Assembly: GCF_018977255.1 (NCBI RefSeq)
Contig: NW_024704743.1
Location: forward strand, 52,330,001-52,394,000
DNA from: Callorhinchus milii
Taxonomy: Eukaryota
Reading direction: 5' to 3'
DNA: 64,000 bases
Below the pieces are notes generated by a model. The model was not told where the DNA came from and ran no database searches. It was given only the letters and a program-made list of their open reading frames with translations. Position 1 is the stretch's first letter. Every line of letters starts with the position of its first letter. The translations under genes and the position numbers were made by a program. This document shows, one piece after another, positions 24,019-35,803 of the stretch.

Positions 24019-24700
24019 GCAGCCTGGCTCAGTTAATGGTAGCATTCTCATCTCTGTGTTAGAGATTGTGGTTTGAAACTCCATGTCGGGAGGGGTTTTC
24101 AATTCACAGTCTAGGTCAGGTGTCGTCAACCAGTTGATCGCCACTTGGTGGTGTCTCGCACATGCTCAGTAAAAACAAGCGACAGGAGTGATATTTACTG
24201 CAGTTTAAACATTAAAGTTTATATTTTTATTTCCAGATACATTAAATACTTTGTACATTTGGCTTCATTTTCAATATGACTCAATAACGAAGCAGTTCTA
24301 TTGCTTCTTCCTTTATCCTTTTGATCATACGTGAGAGCGCCACCTTAACTGGTTGGAGATACCTGGTCTAGGCTGACACTAGTGTAGTGCTGGGGGAGAA
24401 CAACATTGTGGGAGATGCCATGCTTCGGGTGAAATGATAAAACAAGGTCCCGTCTGCCTATTTCGGTGGATGTTAAAAGATTCCGTGGAACTGCATGAAG
24501 AGAAGGGAGTCTCTCTCTTTGTTCTGGACAACAATCCCCTGAATCAAATTGGAGATTCATTATTTGTGGGTCACTGCCTTGGTCAAATTGGCTGCCACAT
24601 TTGCTTACAAATACAGTCCACTTTACAATAGAATTCTGTAAAGCAGTTTTGAGACATCCAGACATGTGAAAACATGCTATATCAAATGCAAAGTTTATTA
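24019..24700 (+). mobile_element. Deu-domain-like SINE split by a hAT MITE
   Basis: Head GCAGCCTGGCTCAGTT, core GGTCCCGTCTGCCTATTTCGGTGGATGTTAAAAGATTCC and L2-like tail. Confidence 0.8.
24117..24365. mobile_element. hAT (Charlie-like) MITE, 249 bp
   Basis: TIRs CAGGTGTCGTCAACCAGTT / AACTGGTTGGAGATACCTG; 8-bp TSD GTCTAGGT / GTCTAGGC. Confidence 0.88.
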
Positions 24701-25759
24701 TGTTACTATTATTTTAATCTGATTTTTGTCATTTAGCTTTACAGTTTGGTGAAGATGGATAAAAGCCACTTTAATAGAAATGTATTTGTCAAGAGCATTA
24801 CGTGTTCCAATAATGACATTGAAAACATTATCATCACACCCCTTCAAAAACAGCATTACTTTGTTACCCTGCTGACAGATGTCTACTGCCCCATGTTACC
24901 TGTAATAGTAATTGGAAAATAATAACATTTCGATCATGATGCTTTACTTTGAGCTGAAAAACATAATTCTTTGGAGAATATTTTGTTTACTGTGCAGATA
25001 GTCTAAATAATGTAGTGCTTTGGATTTTCTGCCACAAATTATTGCTCCTAAAGTTTATTTAGTTTGTAAGTAGATAGTGTAAAATTTTAGTTTTTTTGTT
25101 CCCGCAGGCTCAGTTTTGTCACATTTTTCATTGAATTACTGTGGACAATTGCGCACAATTCGTATGAACGTTTATTTTTTGGAGAGCCATCCTCTTCAAT
25201 TCCGAGAAGCAAAAATCATTCGACCATCTTTACAGTGTTAATATAGCTTCTTGGTTTCTCAAACAATTTAACTAATATGCCGATATAGTGCTAGATCTCA
25301 GGGTGCAACTGTATCCTGATTAACATTACTGAAAACTCAGTACAGGAAGCCAAATGTGTTGAACACACCTTATTGTGTACTGTTAAATTATAATTTAAAA
25401 AAAACTTGCATTTGATATTAAAATGGCATACCATCAAAGCACTTCAAGTGTAATGACTTTTTGTTAGCAAACGCAACACAGCAATATCCTGCACAGAAAA
25501 GTCCCACCAACAGTTATGAAATGAATGAACAATTTATCTTGAGCATTATTAGAACAACATGCATTTACAGTAAACTCCTGATATATCATCATTCCAAGGG
25601 AATAGAGCTCAGTGACTATATCCAATGTGACTGTGTAGACATGAGTCCTCCAGGAATGTGTAGAATGGGACTTTATATGTTATAAACTGAGTGATGAACT
25701 AAATGATAAATACATGATAAAATAAATCTAAGCCAGTGTTTTATTATCAGGATTTGATG

Positions 25760-26080
25760 TATTTGATAAATATAGCACCTTTCACACAGGATGGCGTCTT
25801 GGAGCACCTAAAAATGGTGTAGTTTGACGCTGAAACAGGAAGAAAGAAGAGATGACTGTAGGTGTGGTCAAAGAGGAACGTCTTCAGGTGCAGGTCTGAA
25901 GACGGGCAAAGAAGTGGCAAGGCAGACAGCTTAAGGCAGGGCGTTCCAGAGGTTTGGGTCACAGTGGCTGAAACCATGCTGATGGAGTGGTGGGATTGAG
26001 GGACGTGCAGAAGTCAATTCACCCGAGCTGGCTGAGTGAATGGAGCAGGTAGAGGATGTGTGTAAGTAGGTTAGAACCAG
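25760..26080 (-). mobile_element. Old L2 3' part (apparently continues at 28790-28895 beyond the CR1)
   Basis: HLKTFLFD motif on the minus strand; an upstream L2 segment resumes after the CR1 tail. Confidence 0.6.
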
Positions 26081-26184
26081 ACCATGAAATGATTTGTAAG
26101 CAAGTGTGTGGATCTGTGTTCAGTGCTAAAAGATTGAATGATGGGGTGGCGGAGTTTTTAATCAGTTGGACTAAGCCGGTATTG

Positions 26185-28788
26185 GAGTGCATGTGTGTAA
26201 ATGCACGGAGCGTGACCAATAAGCTTGGTGAACTGCAGGTTCAAGTTGCCACATGGGTCAATTACGGAGACCTGGCTCAAGCAAGGACAGGAACGGGAGC
26301 TAAATATTCCTGGCTACAACCTATTCAGGAGGGATAGGGAAGGGAAAAAAGGTGGAGGGGTGGCAAAACTCATTTGGGTCACGGTCCTGAAAAAGGACGA
26401 TGTATTAGAGGGTCCAAAAACTGAATCTATTTGGTTAGAGTTACGGAGCAGAAAAGGAGCTGTTACTCTGTTAGGTATTTACTATGGACCTCCAAATAGT
26501 GGGAAGGAGATAGATGAGCAAATCTGCAAGCAGATTTCAGGGAGATGCAACACCAATATAGTAGTGATAATAGGGGATTTCAATTATCCTAACATAGACT
26601 GGTAAACATACAATGTAAAGGGCAAGGAAGGGGAGGAATTCCTGAAATGTGTGCAGGAGAACTTTCTGGATCAGCATGTTTCCACCCGAATGAGGAAGGA
26701 AGCAGTGCTGGATTTAGTTCTGGGAAATGAAGTGGGGCAAGTGGAGCAAGTTTCAGTAGGAAAGCATCTGGATAACAGTGATCACAGGTTTCATTAGGTT
26801 TAGAATAGTTATGGAAAAGGACAACAATTAATCAAAGGTAAAGATACTTAACTGGAAGTGGGCTAATTTCAATGAGCTGAAAAGGGATCTGGCCAAGATA
26901 GATTGGAAAGAAAGATTGGCAGGTAAGACAGCAAACGAACAATTGGAAACCTTCAAGGAGGAGATAGTTCAGGGACAGAGCAAATACCCACAAAGGGGAA
27001 AGGTAGGACAGTCAAACCTCCCTGACTCACTGAGGAAATTGGGATTAAAATAAAAGAGAAAAAGGAGGCTTATGACAAATGTCAGGTCCAAAACACACAG
27101 GATAATCAAATAGAATATAGGAAGTACAGAGGAAAAGGAAAATAAGAAGGGCGAAGCGATTGTACAAGAAAAGATTAGCAGGAAACATAAAAGGGTATAA
27201 GGTATTTTATAGGCATATCAAGATTAAAAGGTTAGTCAAAGGTAGGGTGGGTCCAATTAGGGACCCAAGTGGAAATCTTGTTGAGGCAGAGGCTGTTGTA
27301 CTAAATAAGTACTTTGCAACTGTCTTCACAAAAGAACACGATGCAACCAATACCACAATATCGCAGACGTGTGAACAGAAATTGGATATGATAAAAATCA
27401 ACAGAGAGGTGGTACTAAAGAGGGTGTCGGTTCTCAACATAGTAAGTCACCTGGTTCGAACAGGATGCATCCTAGGTTACTGAGGGAAGCAAGGGTGGAA
27501 ATAGTGGAGGCTCTGGCCACAATCTTTCAATCCTCTTTGAACACTGGAGTGGTGCCAGAGGACTGGAAGGTTGCAAATGTTACTCCCCTGTACAAAAGGG
27601 CAGAAGGATAACTACAAGCCAATCAACCTAACATCAGTAGTAAGGAAACTTCTGGAGACTATAATCCAGGACAATATAAACAATATAAATTCTCACTAAG
27701 AAAAGTATGGTTTAATAAAGGACAGTAAACATGGATTTGTTAAAGGCAGATTGTGTCTCACAAATCTAATAGTTTTTTGATGAAGTGACTGAGAGGGTAG
27801 ATGAAGGTAGTGCAGTAGACGTAGTTTATCTAGATTTTCAAAAGGCATTTTACAAAGTGCCACATAAGAGACTTATAAACAAAATATAAGCCCATAGTAT
27901 TAAAGAGACTGTGGTGAGGGAGGATAGTACCAGACTCCAAGAGGACTTACACGTTGGTAAAATGGGCAGAAAGGTGGCAGATGAGGTTTAATGTGGAGAA
28001 ATGCAAAGTGTTGCATTTTGGTAGGAAGAATGAGGAGAGGCAATATAAGATAGATGGTACAATCTTAATGGGGGCAAATGAGCAGAGAGACCTGAGGATC
28101 CACATAAACAAATCTCTGAAAGTGGCAGGACAGGTAGATAAAGCTGTTAAAAAAGCATACGGGACACTAGGTTTTATAAATAGGGGCATAGAATTCAAAA
28201 GTCAGGAGGTTATGTTGAATATTTATAAAATGCTGGTTAGGCCTCAGTTGGAGTACTGAGTTCATTTCTGGGCACCGCACATTAGGGAAGATGTTAGGGC
28301 ATTGGAGAGGATGCAAAGGAGGTTTACCAGGATGGTACCAGGAATGAAGCACCTTAGTTATAAGGAGAGGTTAGTAAAACTAGGATTATTCTCCCTAAAG
28401 CAGAGAAGATTAAGAGGGGATTTAATAGAGGTTTTCAAGATCATGAGAGGATTTGATAGGTTGAACTGGGAAAAACTGTTTCCACTGGCATGTGGGTCAG
28501 TAACCCAAGGACACCAATTTAAGATAGTTGTTAAAAGAAACAGAGGGGAGGTTAGGAAAAATTTTCACCCAGTGAGTTGTTTGGATCTGGAATGCGTTAC
28601 CTGAAATGGTAGTGGAAGTCGATTCAATAACAACTTTTAAGAAGGAAGTAGATGGGTATTTGGGGAGGACAGGATTGCAGGGCTGTAGAGAGAAAGCGGG
28701 CCAGTGGGGTTGAGTTGGATTGCTCTTTTAAGAGCCAGCACAGACGCAATGGGCCGAATGACCTTTTTCTGTGCTGTATGATTCTATG
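26185..28788 (+). mobile_element. CR1 LINE ORF2 pseudogene, ~2.6 kb, with RT core deletion
   Basis: CVNARSVTNK endonuclease start, IGDFNYPNIDW, VPEDWKVANVTP, VDVVYLDFQKAF, KWAERWQMRFNVEKCKVLHFG, LVRPQLEY, RRLRGDLIEVFKIM; tail TATGATTCTATG; many stops and frameshifts. Confidence 0.95.
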
Positions 28789-28914
28789 TTAATGGTCAAG
28801 CTGGGCAGACCACCATTGGACTTGATCAGTGCGTTGGAGAAATTGAGTTAGAGGGGTGATGAAAGTATTTGTGAGGATTTCAGCAGCAATAGGTATGAGA
28901 CGACAGCTCACACC

Positions 28915-29125
28915 GAAAAACAAAATGCATTTATATAGCGCCTTTCACATTGGGAGATCATTGCAAGGTGCTGGACAGTCAAGGGTTTGCACCCGAGCTG
29001 GGGGGTTGAAGTTGAGAGAGGTGGACGTGGGAAAATGATAAAAGGCATGGTCAAAGAAGAAGGTCTTGAGAGGGGCTTTGAACAAGGGAGGAGGTGAGGT
29101 CTTCGGGATAGCGTTGCAGAGGGAA
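28915..29125 (-). mobile_element. L2 3' end
   Basis: FKAPLKTFFFD on the minus strand and the shared tail GTGAAAGGCGCTATATAAATGCA. Confidence 0.8.
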
Positions 29126-29666
29126 CCAATCAACTCAAAATGTCCTTGCATTGATGATTAATGGGACCTTTAAACGTTCACTTCAAAAGGTAGACAGGAT
29201 CTTGATTTAACAAGACATCTGAAAGGCAGCACATCTAACAATGCAATATGCCACCATTCAGCATTGAAGTGTCTGTCTGGATGGAGAGCTCAAGTCCTGT
29301 TGGAACCTTTTTGCACAGAGGTAAGAATGATAACTGAGCCAAGTCTTGCTAAATTAAAGTTGTACTATTTTGTGGCAACATATGAGTTTGAAAAATTAAA
29401 CCCAGAATAATACTTTCAGAGACAACAGAACAAGAGAACCCAGGTTTAGGGAAATTTCAGGACTGACATCAGGAAGCATTTGTTTACCCAGAAGGTGATT
29501 GACTAGAACAGGTTACCTGGGAGGGTGTTTGAGACCAGAACATTGAACTCATTCAAAAAAACACAGCTAATGCTGTGATGGGATGGATGCTAGGGTAGAT
29601 ATTCTGGAAGCATGAGTTCAAATGGGCTGATGGCCTTCTTCATCTGAAGCTTTCTTATGATACATC

Positions 29667-29982
29667 ATAATAATAATAATCCTTGCATTTGATATAGCGC
29701 TTTTCATGTCTTCTAGGCGTCTCAAAGCGCTTCACAGAATATGCTGTAAAGTGAATTGACCGTATATTTGTGGGTGAAACGCGGCAGCTAATTGCGCATA
29801 GCAGTGTCCCACAAACAGTCGTGGATTGAAAATGACCAACTTATTATTGTTTTGTTTTGGAGGGATTATTATTAGGTGTGTGGAGTAAGGAAACTTGCCC
29901 AAGGTTTCGCCCTGCCTGGAACTGAACTCAGGTGTCTCGCTTGCAAGGCGAGCGCTCTAACCACTGAGCTACAGGACTCCAC
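29667..29982 (-). mobile_element. Full-length tRNA-derived SINE, short variant (young)
   Basis: Close reverse complement of 5865-6178; possible ATCATA target-site duplication. Confidence 0.92.
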
Positions 29983-31219
29983 AATCATATTTGCAGATAC
30001 AGTACTAACAATTACATGTGTTACTTTTTCATAAATTAAAGGTGTTCCATTCCATAGAATATGTTTTGATCTGTATTGTCATTTGTAAAATAAAGATTGT
30101 ACCTCTTGATTTTCTTCTCCCTGCCTACACACTAGATTCAGGTCAAAATATTGTATGAATCAAAGTACTGCAAGATAGCTTGGGTTAATGTCTGTACCAA
30201 ATAAATTTCTGATGTAAAATAGCATCAACATTGGGCGCATCATATTTTGAAGAATTGGCTGATACATGAAACTTGGGTGTAATGGTCAATGAGGGAAATG
30301 GGTTGAACACAAGACACCTCTTTACTTCACAATGAACAGTTCATTCAGTGAGCTTTGCAACTCATTTACGTAACCAGAATTGACTCATTGCACAGCTGAT
30401 ACTTTACTGACCTGTTTTTCTTTTTTAACCATTATTGAATTGTTGGGTTGAATAATTCATAAAACAACAGGTGAGGTACGTTGACTCAGACTGATTCACT
30501 TGTGATTTACCTCTTAGTCACAGGAAAATATTCCTAGTCATATTATTTTTTAAAAATCAATGTAGTCAAACGCTGTTAAAACTGAAGAAAAATGTGTGGA
30601 GAGTTTTGTTTGTGGTTGCTTAATGATGTACCTGCTCGCTGAGAGACTTGATGTGATGGAGTACTTTTGTAATCAGATAGTCCTTCAAGATTAATCCTTT
30701 TGTGATAATGAAGTAATTTTGACAGTGAAGCAATTTATGGGAAACAATATAATTTAAATCTAGTATCCATATGGTTGGTATTAACTATTTTTACTTATAG
30801 TCTTCAATAAAACTTGTTAAAGAGAAAGAAAGTGATCTGATGCTGAATCATGAATGTTAGCATTAAAAAAGTTCCATCAAAACATATTTATTAATATCCT
30901 AAATGGGGGTTGGGTGCAAAATTAAATTTTAAGTAATTTAGTACAGTAGCTTGTAGTTGATTAATACTATACCTCCATAGATCTTTGATTTTTGACTGAT
31001 ATCCACAATATTAATTGTTGTCTGATTATAAAATCACATTGCCACATCTATGACGGGTGTATACTTCAGCTGATGTTCGATGGGCATGTTCTTTCCTGTT
31101 TTAATTATTTGACTTGAAGGGAATTACTTAGCATTTTCCTACATTAAAGTTCATTCGCCAACTATCTGCGCATTCTACTACCTTGTTTGTCTTCCTGCAT
31201 TCTTGATAATTCCTGCATC

Positions 31220-31640
31220 AAATAATCTTTAATTTCAATCATTTCAGACCATAACAGCTCAACTTCCCCCTCTTCTGTGACCATTACCACGTCATCTGGG
31301 TCCTAAACACACCTTTTCACTCTCTGGTGTGCCTGCAATTTTCCACCACTCCCATTTTGCATTATTAACACTTCTTTTCCCCTGTTTTGTTGCAATTGCC
31401 CTTTACCCTTTGTTTTGCATCATTAACACCTCTTTAACCCATCATCCTTGGTCCTTTACACCATTTTCTCCTTTGTCTTCCTTGCTCTGCCTCCCCCTTC
31501 TCTGTCAGTCCTTAAAAGCCTCTCCCTCCCAACATGCCCCGTTCTGACGAAAGGTCGTGGACCCGAAACGTTGACTCACTTTCCTTTCTTCATAGATGCT
31601 GCCTGACCTGCTAAGTGTTCCCAGCAACTTCTGTTTTGTT
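31220..31640 (+). mobile_element. Penelope-like retroelement 3' terminal region
   Basis: Pyrimidine-rich tract followed by CTGACGAAAGGTCGTGGACCCGAAACGTTGAC...AGATGCTGCCTGACCTGCT..GT.TTCCCAGCA.TTCTGTTTT, the recalled shark Penelope-type terminus. Confidence 0.7.
31539..31577 (+). ncRNA. Degenerate minimal type I hammerhead ribozyme motif
   Basis: CUGACGA core, GGUC/GACC stem II, GAAAC-GUU and a short GUU/GAC stem I. Confidence 0.5.
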
Positions 31641-31691
31641 GCAAAAACCATTGTTTCAACAATATTGTACAATTTATTAACATTGTTGAAA

Positions 31692-32010
31692 AACAATAAC
31701 ATTTGTTCAGCGCCTTTCACATCGGGAGGTCATCCCAAGGTGCTGGACAGTTAAGGGTTTGACTCAAGCTGGAGTTGGATTCAAAAGGGGTGGGAGCAAG
31801 GGGGATGGGGTGGGAAGATTATTGAAGGCACAGTCAAAGAGGAAGGTCTTGAGATGCGCCATGAAGGAGACAAGAAAAGGGTGAGGTGAAGGGATTCCAG
31901 GAGGAATACCAGAGGATGAGGGAACAAAGGCTGAAGTCCTGACCACAATGCTGGGGTGAGTCGGGCGGGGTTGTGAAGCAGGCCAGCCAAGCAGAGGGAA
32001 TGGGCTGGTA
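31692..32010 (-). mobile_element. L2 3' end
   Basis: HLKTFLFD motif and shared tail on the minus strand. Confidence 0.8.
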
Positions 32011-33949
32011 AATGGGATTGGTAAAACAGACCAAATCAAGCTTCAATTAATTTGAAATACACTGTATCTGGAATTTACAAAGGTATTTTAAGTTGCAATT
32101 CACCAAGTTACAATTTAGAAATCTAGAAATCTACAGGGCAAAAGGAGGCCCTTCGATCTATCAAATTGCACCAGCTCACAGAGGCAAGAAATTGTTTCAA
32201 TTCCTTCGCCCAATTTTATCCTCGTACCCCTTCAAGCCTCTCTTTGAGATGCCTATCTACATATGTCAGCCTGGCATAGTGGTATCACTCTAGCCTCTGA
32301 GTCAGAAAGTTGTGGGTTCTACATTGTCGAAGGTGCCGTATTTTGAACAAGACGTTAAACCAATTTGCCTGTTCAGGTGGATGTTAAAAATCCATGACAC
32401 TATTTGAAAAGAAAACAGACTTTTTCTGAGTGGAGGTAGGGAGGGAGGTAGAATGAAGGACATAGAAAGGTTTTTCACTTTGGAAAAAGGGAACTTTATA
32501 TGAGGAAACTGCAGTGCACGTGACTCGGTGTCTGTCCTCGGTCCTGCAGCAACCGCTGGTATTATTTCCGCTCCCAGCGCTTCTTCTCGCCAGTCCGGAT
32601 AAAATCACTGCCACGGGCCAGCATTTGGACCACACTGACTTATAGTATAGTACAATGATTTATGCCATTTTGATTTTTACTTTAATTTTTCTGGTTGGCA
32701 AGGATACATGTCTGAGGTTAGATACAGGATGCATTTTAACCATTTTTAAATTTTATTTCTCATTGTGTGGCAGAGAAACAATGAGCTGAACATTACCCAT
32801 TTCTCGTGCAGAAAATTTGTTTCTATGTGGATACACAACTGTAAGAATACCAAAAATAGGTTTAAAGTTTTGATCTATAGTTGTACGGCTCAAGATTGAG
32901 TAGCAATTAATATCTGAATGAGATAACGTAGGTGACGTGATGCTATTATGTCAGTGAATTGGAGTAAATCTGTTTAAATTGGAAAAGGTGCTTCGTATCT
33001 TATTTTTTTGTTTAACTACTTGAGTATTTAACTATATTTTGCTTTATCCAACTTTTATTTTTCTAATTTTCATAATTTTTAGTGCTGTTCTCCCTCTTCC
33101 AGGCATTATCATCGCATTTTTCTCTCCGTTTATTTCATCTCTGTACTAAGGTTTGATTACTTTAAATGTTTTGTTTTCCTGTCCAAAAAACTAGAGATTA
33201 AAGTATTTTGTGAAAATTATAATATAAAGACATATGTGTGTGTGTGTATATCCATATATATTCACACACAATATTATGTATTAAATACCATCTTTCTGTG
33301 TATTTTTCACAAAAAAGAAATGATTAAATTGGTGGATGCAAAATCACATTGATTTTCAGAGTCTGCGTTTGAGTATACACAATATTATATTAAATACTAT
33401 ATTTCTATATATTTTGCAAAATATTGTTCAGACACTTCATTCTCTAGTTACCTACGTCGAGATGGGGCAACAGTATGGTGTCTTATCAGAGTAACACTTC
33501 ACTTCAGTGGCATGCATTTAATTTATCTGTTTGCAAAGAATCTCGGACAGGTACAGAATGAACTGTAGATATGATTAATTGCATTTTGAAATATCTGGAA
33601 TTAGAGAGACCATGTACTTGTGCAGGGTCACTTCTTGAGTTGTGAGGTGGGTCCTCTGAAGGCTTAGTTATAGGTCAACCAGGAGTTTTGTACACTTTTT
33701 ATGTCTTCATCTAACAATGCAGGACTTGGGCATTGGTTTAAGAGAAACTAGCTTGGACTCTTAACCTGTCTCAGAGGTGAGAATGCAACTGAACCAAATT
33801 GACATTGATATTTCTCTTTTCTGGCCAAATAGCCAATATAAGTTTAAGTAGTTTACCTAACTGTGTGCAAAAAAAAATCTTTAGGAAGTGTCCTTGGTGT
33901 TTGTTTTTTCCTGTGGAATAACAAATGCTTTCACTTGGCACTCAGTTAT

Positions 33950-35803
33950 AAGGCTCGAGTCCAACAGCTATGTTTTATGTTATTGTTCCGTCTGATTGCA
34001 AAAGGTTTGAAGGTGGATTTCAATACAAAAATCCGTGTAAAATATGAATTAGGCAGACTTAATTGACCTTAGTTACTGCTGTGCGCAACTGGCTGCTGCG
34101 TTTTGCCCACAAAATACACAGTCAATCTACTTTACAATAGATTCTGTGAAGCGATTTGGGACGTCTAGAAGATGTGATAAGGCACTATAATCAAATGCAA
34201 GGATTATTATTAGTTGTACCATCCTGTACAGTTTTGCAGAATCTGTCCATAATTAATGACCTACAGGTTACTGGACCTAAACAAAAACGACCTAAAGGTT
34301 TTCATAGCACCCTTCATTCAGGAACTTTCAAGACATCATTATTGTTGTTCCTAGCTGATGAATACCAAGTTGCCATATCTACATCAATTATTGGTGAACG
34401 GCTGAGCCAATAAAAAAGTGCGCATTTATTTGCCAAAAAAATTGTGGAGCACTTTACAAATCTTGCAGGAACTTGCAGAGGATTTGCTAAATTTTGCGGG
34501 AAAATTGTGGGGGTGGATTGGTGCTGTTGAGAGACGCATTTTGTTGCTAATCTACATTTTTTCTCTTTTTATTTTTGAAAACTAATCATGAAGAAATAAC
34601 ACATCCAAGATTATTGGAAAAGATATTTATTAATGTTTTCTTTAATAAAAACTGAACAAGTGTAGTTTCAACACTGTATGCAGAGAAATTACAATGTTCA
34701 AAATCAAATTTTCACAGAAACAAACAAAAAATTCTCATCCAAAACTTTAGTGCTGGTTAAATTTTAACATGAGAAGAATTTTTATATTTTCTTCTGTTAG
34801 GTTTTGTCTATTATCTTTGAGGAGGTCGGAATAAACAGAAAAAGACCTTTCAACCTCAGCTGCTTTTCCTAGAGGTTTACTCAACAGTGAAGTTGATTTC
34901 TCGCATACGCCGCTTCCGCGATCCCAAAATGCAACATGAATTCGCAATCAGAGCCGCTCTGGCCATAAGTGTGATATACTATTTTCAGGGAAAAACATGC
35001 TCCAACAAGTCAGAATAAATGTTTAGAGAAGATGAAAAGTGCTGACTCTAGCCTTCTGCCTCCAGCTTATTCAATTTTGATACAGAAAACCAAATGGTCG
35101 CACTATGTTGCCTGTACGTGGAAGAAACCAGACTTGCTTTCCTGTTCTGCTTGATCCATGTTAATATGCTTTGAGACTACTGGATGGTGAATGCATGATC
35201 AATTGGTTTGAAGGTTAACAAATCCCACAATACTAATGAAGAAAACAACAGTTTCTTCTTCTGATGAATCCGAATATGGCAATGAATGAACATTTAGCAC
35301 GTATATAACAAGTAATATTGTTACTTTTGGTGAATATAGTTGACTGTTTATGTTATTGATAATATTAATGAGAAGTCTCAAATATGTCATAAGGCGCTAT
35401 ATCAAATGCAAGGATTATTAATACCTAATAAAAGTGCTATCAACTGAATTTTGATGTTTTCTATGTCCTTTGACCTGTGATAATGTCACCGTCGTATCAA
35501 TTTTAGATCAGTTGCTTTATTATTAAAGAGCAGAGCATATATGACAATATCATAGAATATTCATGAAATTTGACCCAAATTAAATAAAGTTATTAACATT
35601 TTCCTAATCCTACCCCTGTCTTTGTTGCATCAAAAAACAGGAACTAGCAAAATTCCAAGTCCGATTTTGCAAAACTGTATAGGATGGTACAACTAAGACT
35701 GCCCAATTCATATTCTACACACTTTTTGTATTAAAATCCACTTTCAAATCTTTTGCAATCAGACGGAACAATAAAAAGCCCCGTAGCTCTTGATCTATCC
35801 TTG
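33950..35803. mobile_element. Element bounded by long inverted repeats; left arm interrupted by a SINE 3' fragment (~34076-34210)
   Basis: 33980-34060 plus 34211-34243 is the reverse complement of 35663-35774 (TTATTGTTCCGTCTGATTGCAAAAG...; TAGTTGTACCATCCT.TACAGTTTTGCA.AATC). Confidence 0.8.
34393..34947 (-). pseudogene. hAT transposase C-terminal remnant plus 3' end of element
   Basis: Minus-strand AAEVERSFSVYSDLLKDNRQNLTEENIKILLMLKFN fits the hAT dimerisation motif (ERxFS...R..L). The terminus CTGAGCCAATAAAAAAGTGCG is shared with the element at 46387. Confidence 0.75.

Noticed and set aside
26185..28788. Functional or domesticated reverse transcriptase gene
   Set aside because: Multiple stops and frameshifts, and loss of the catalytic motifs.
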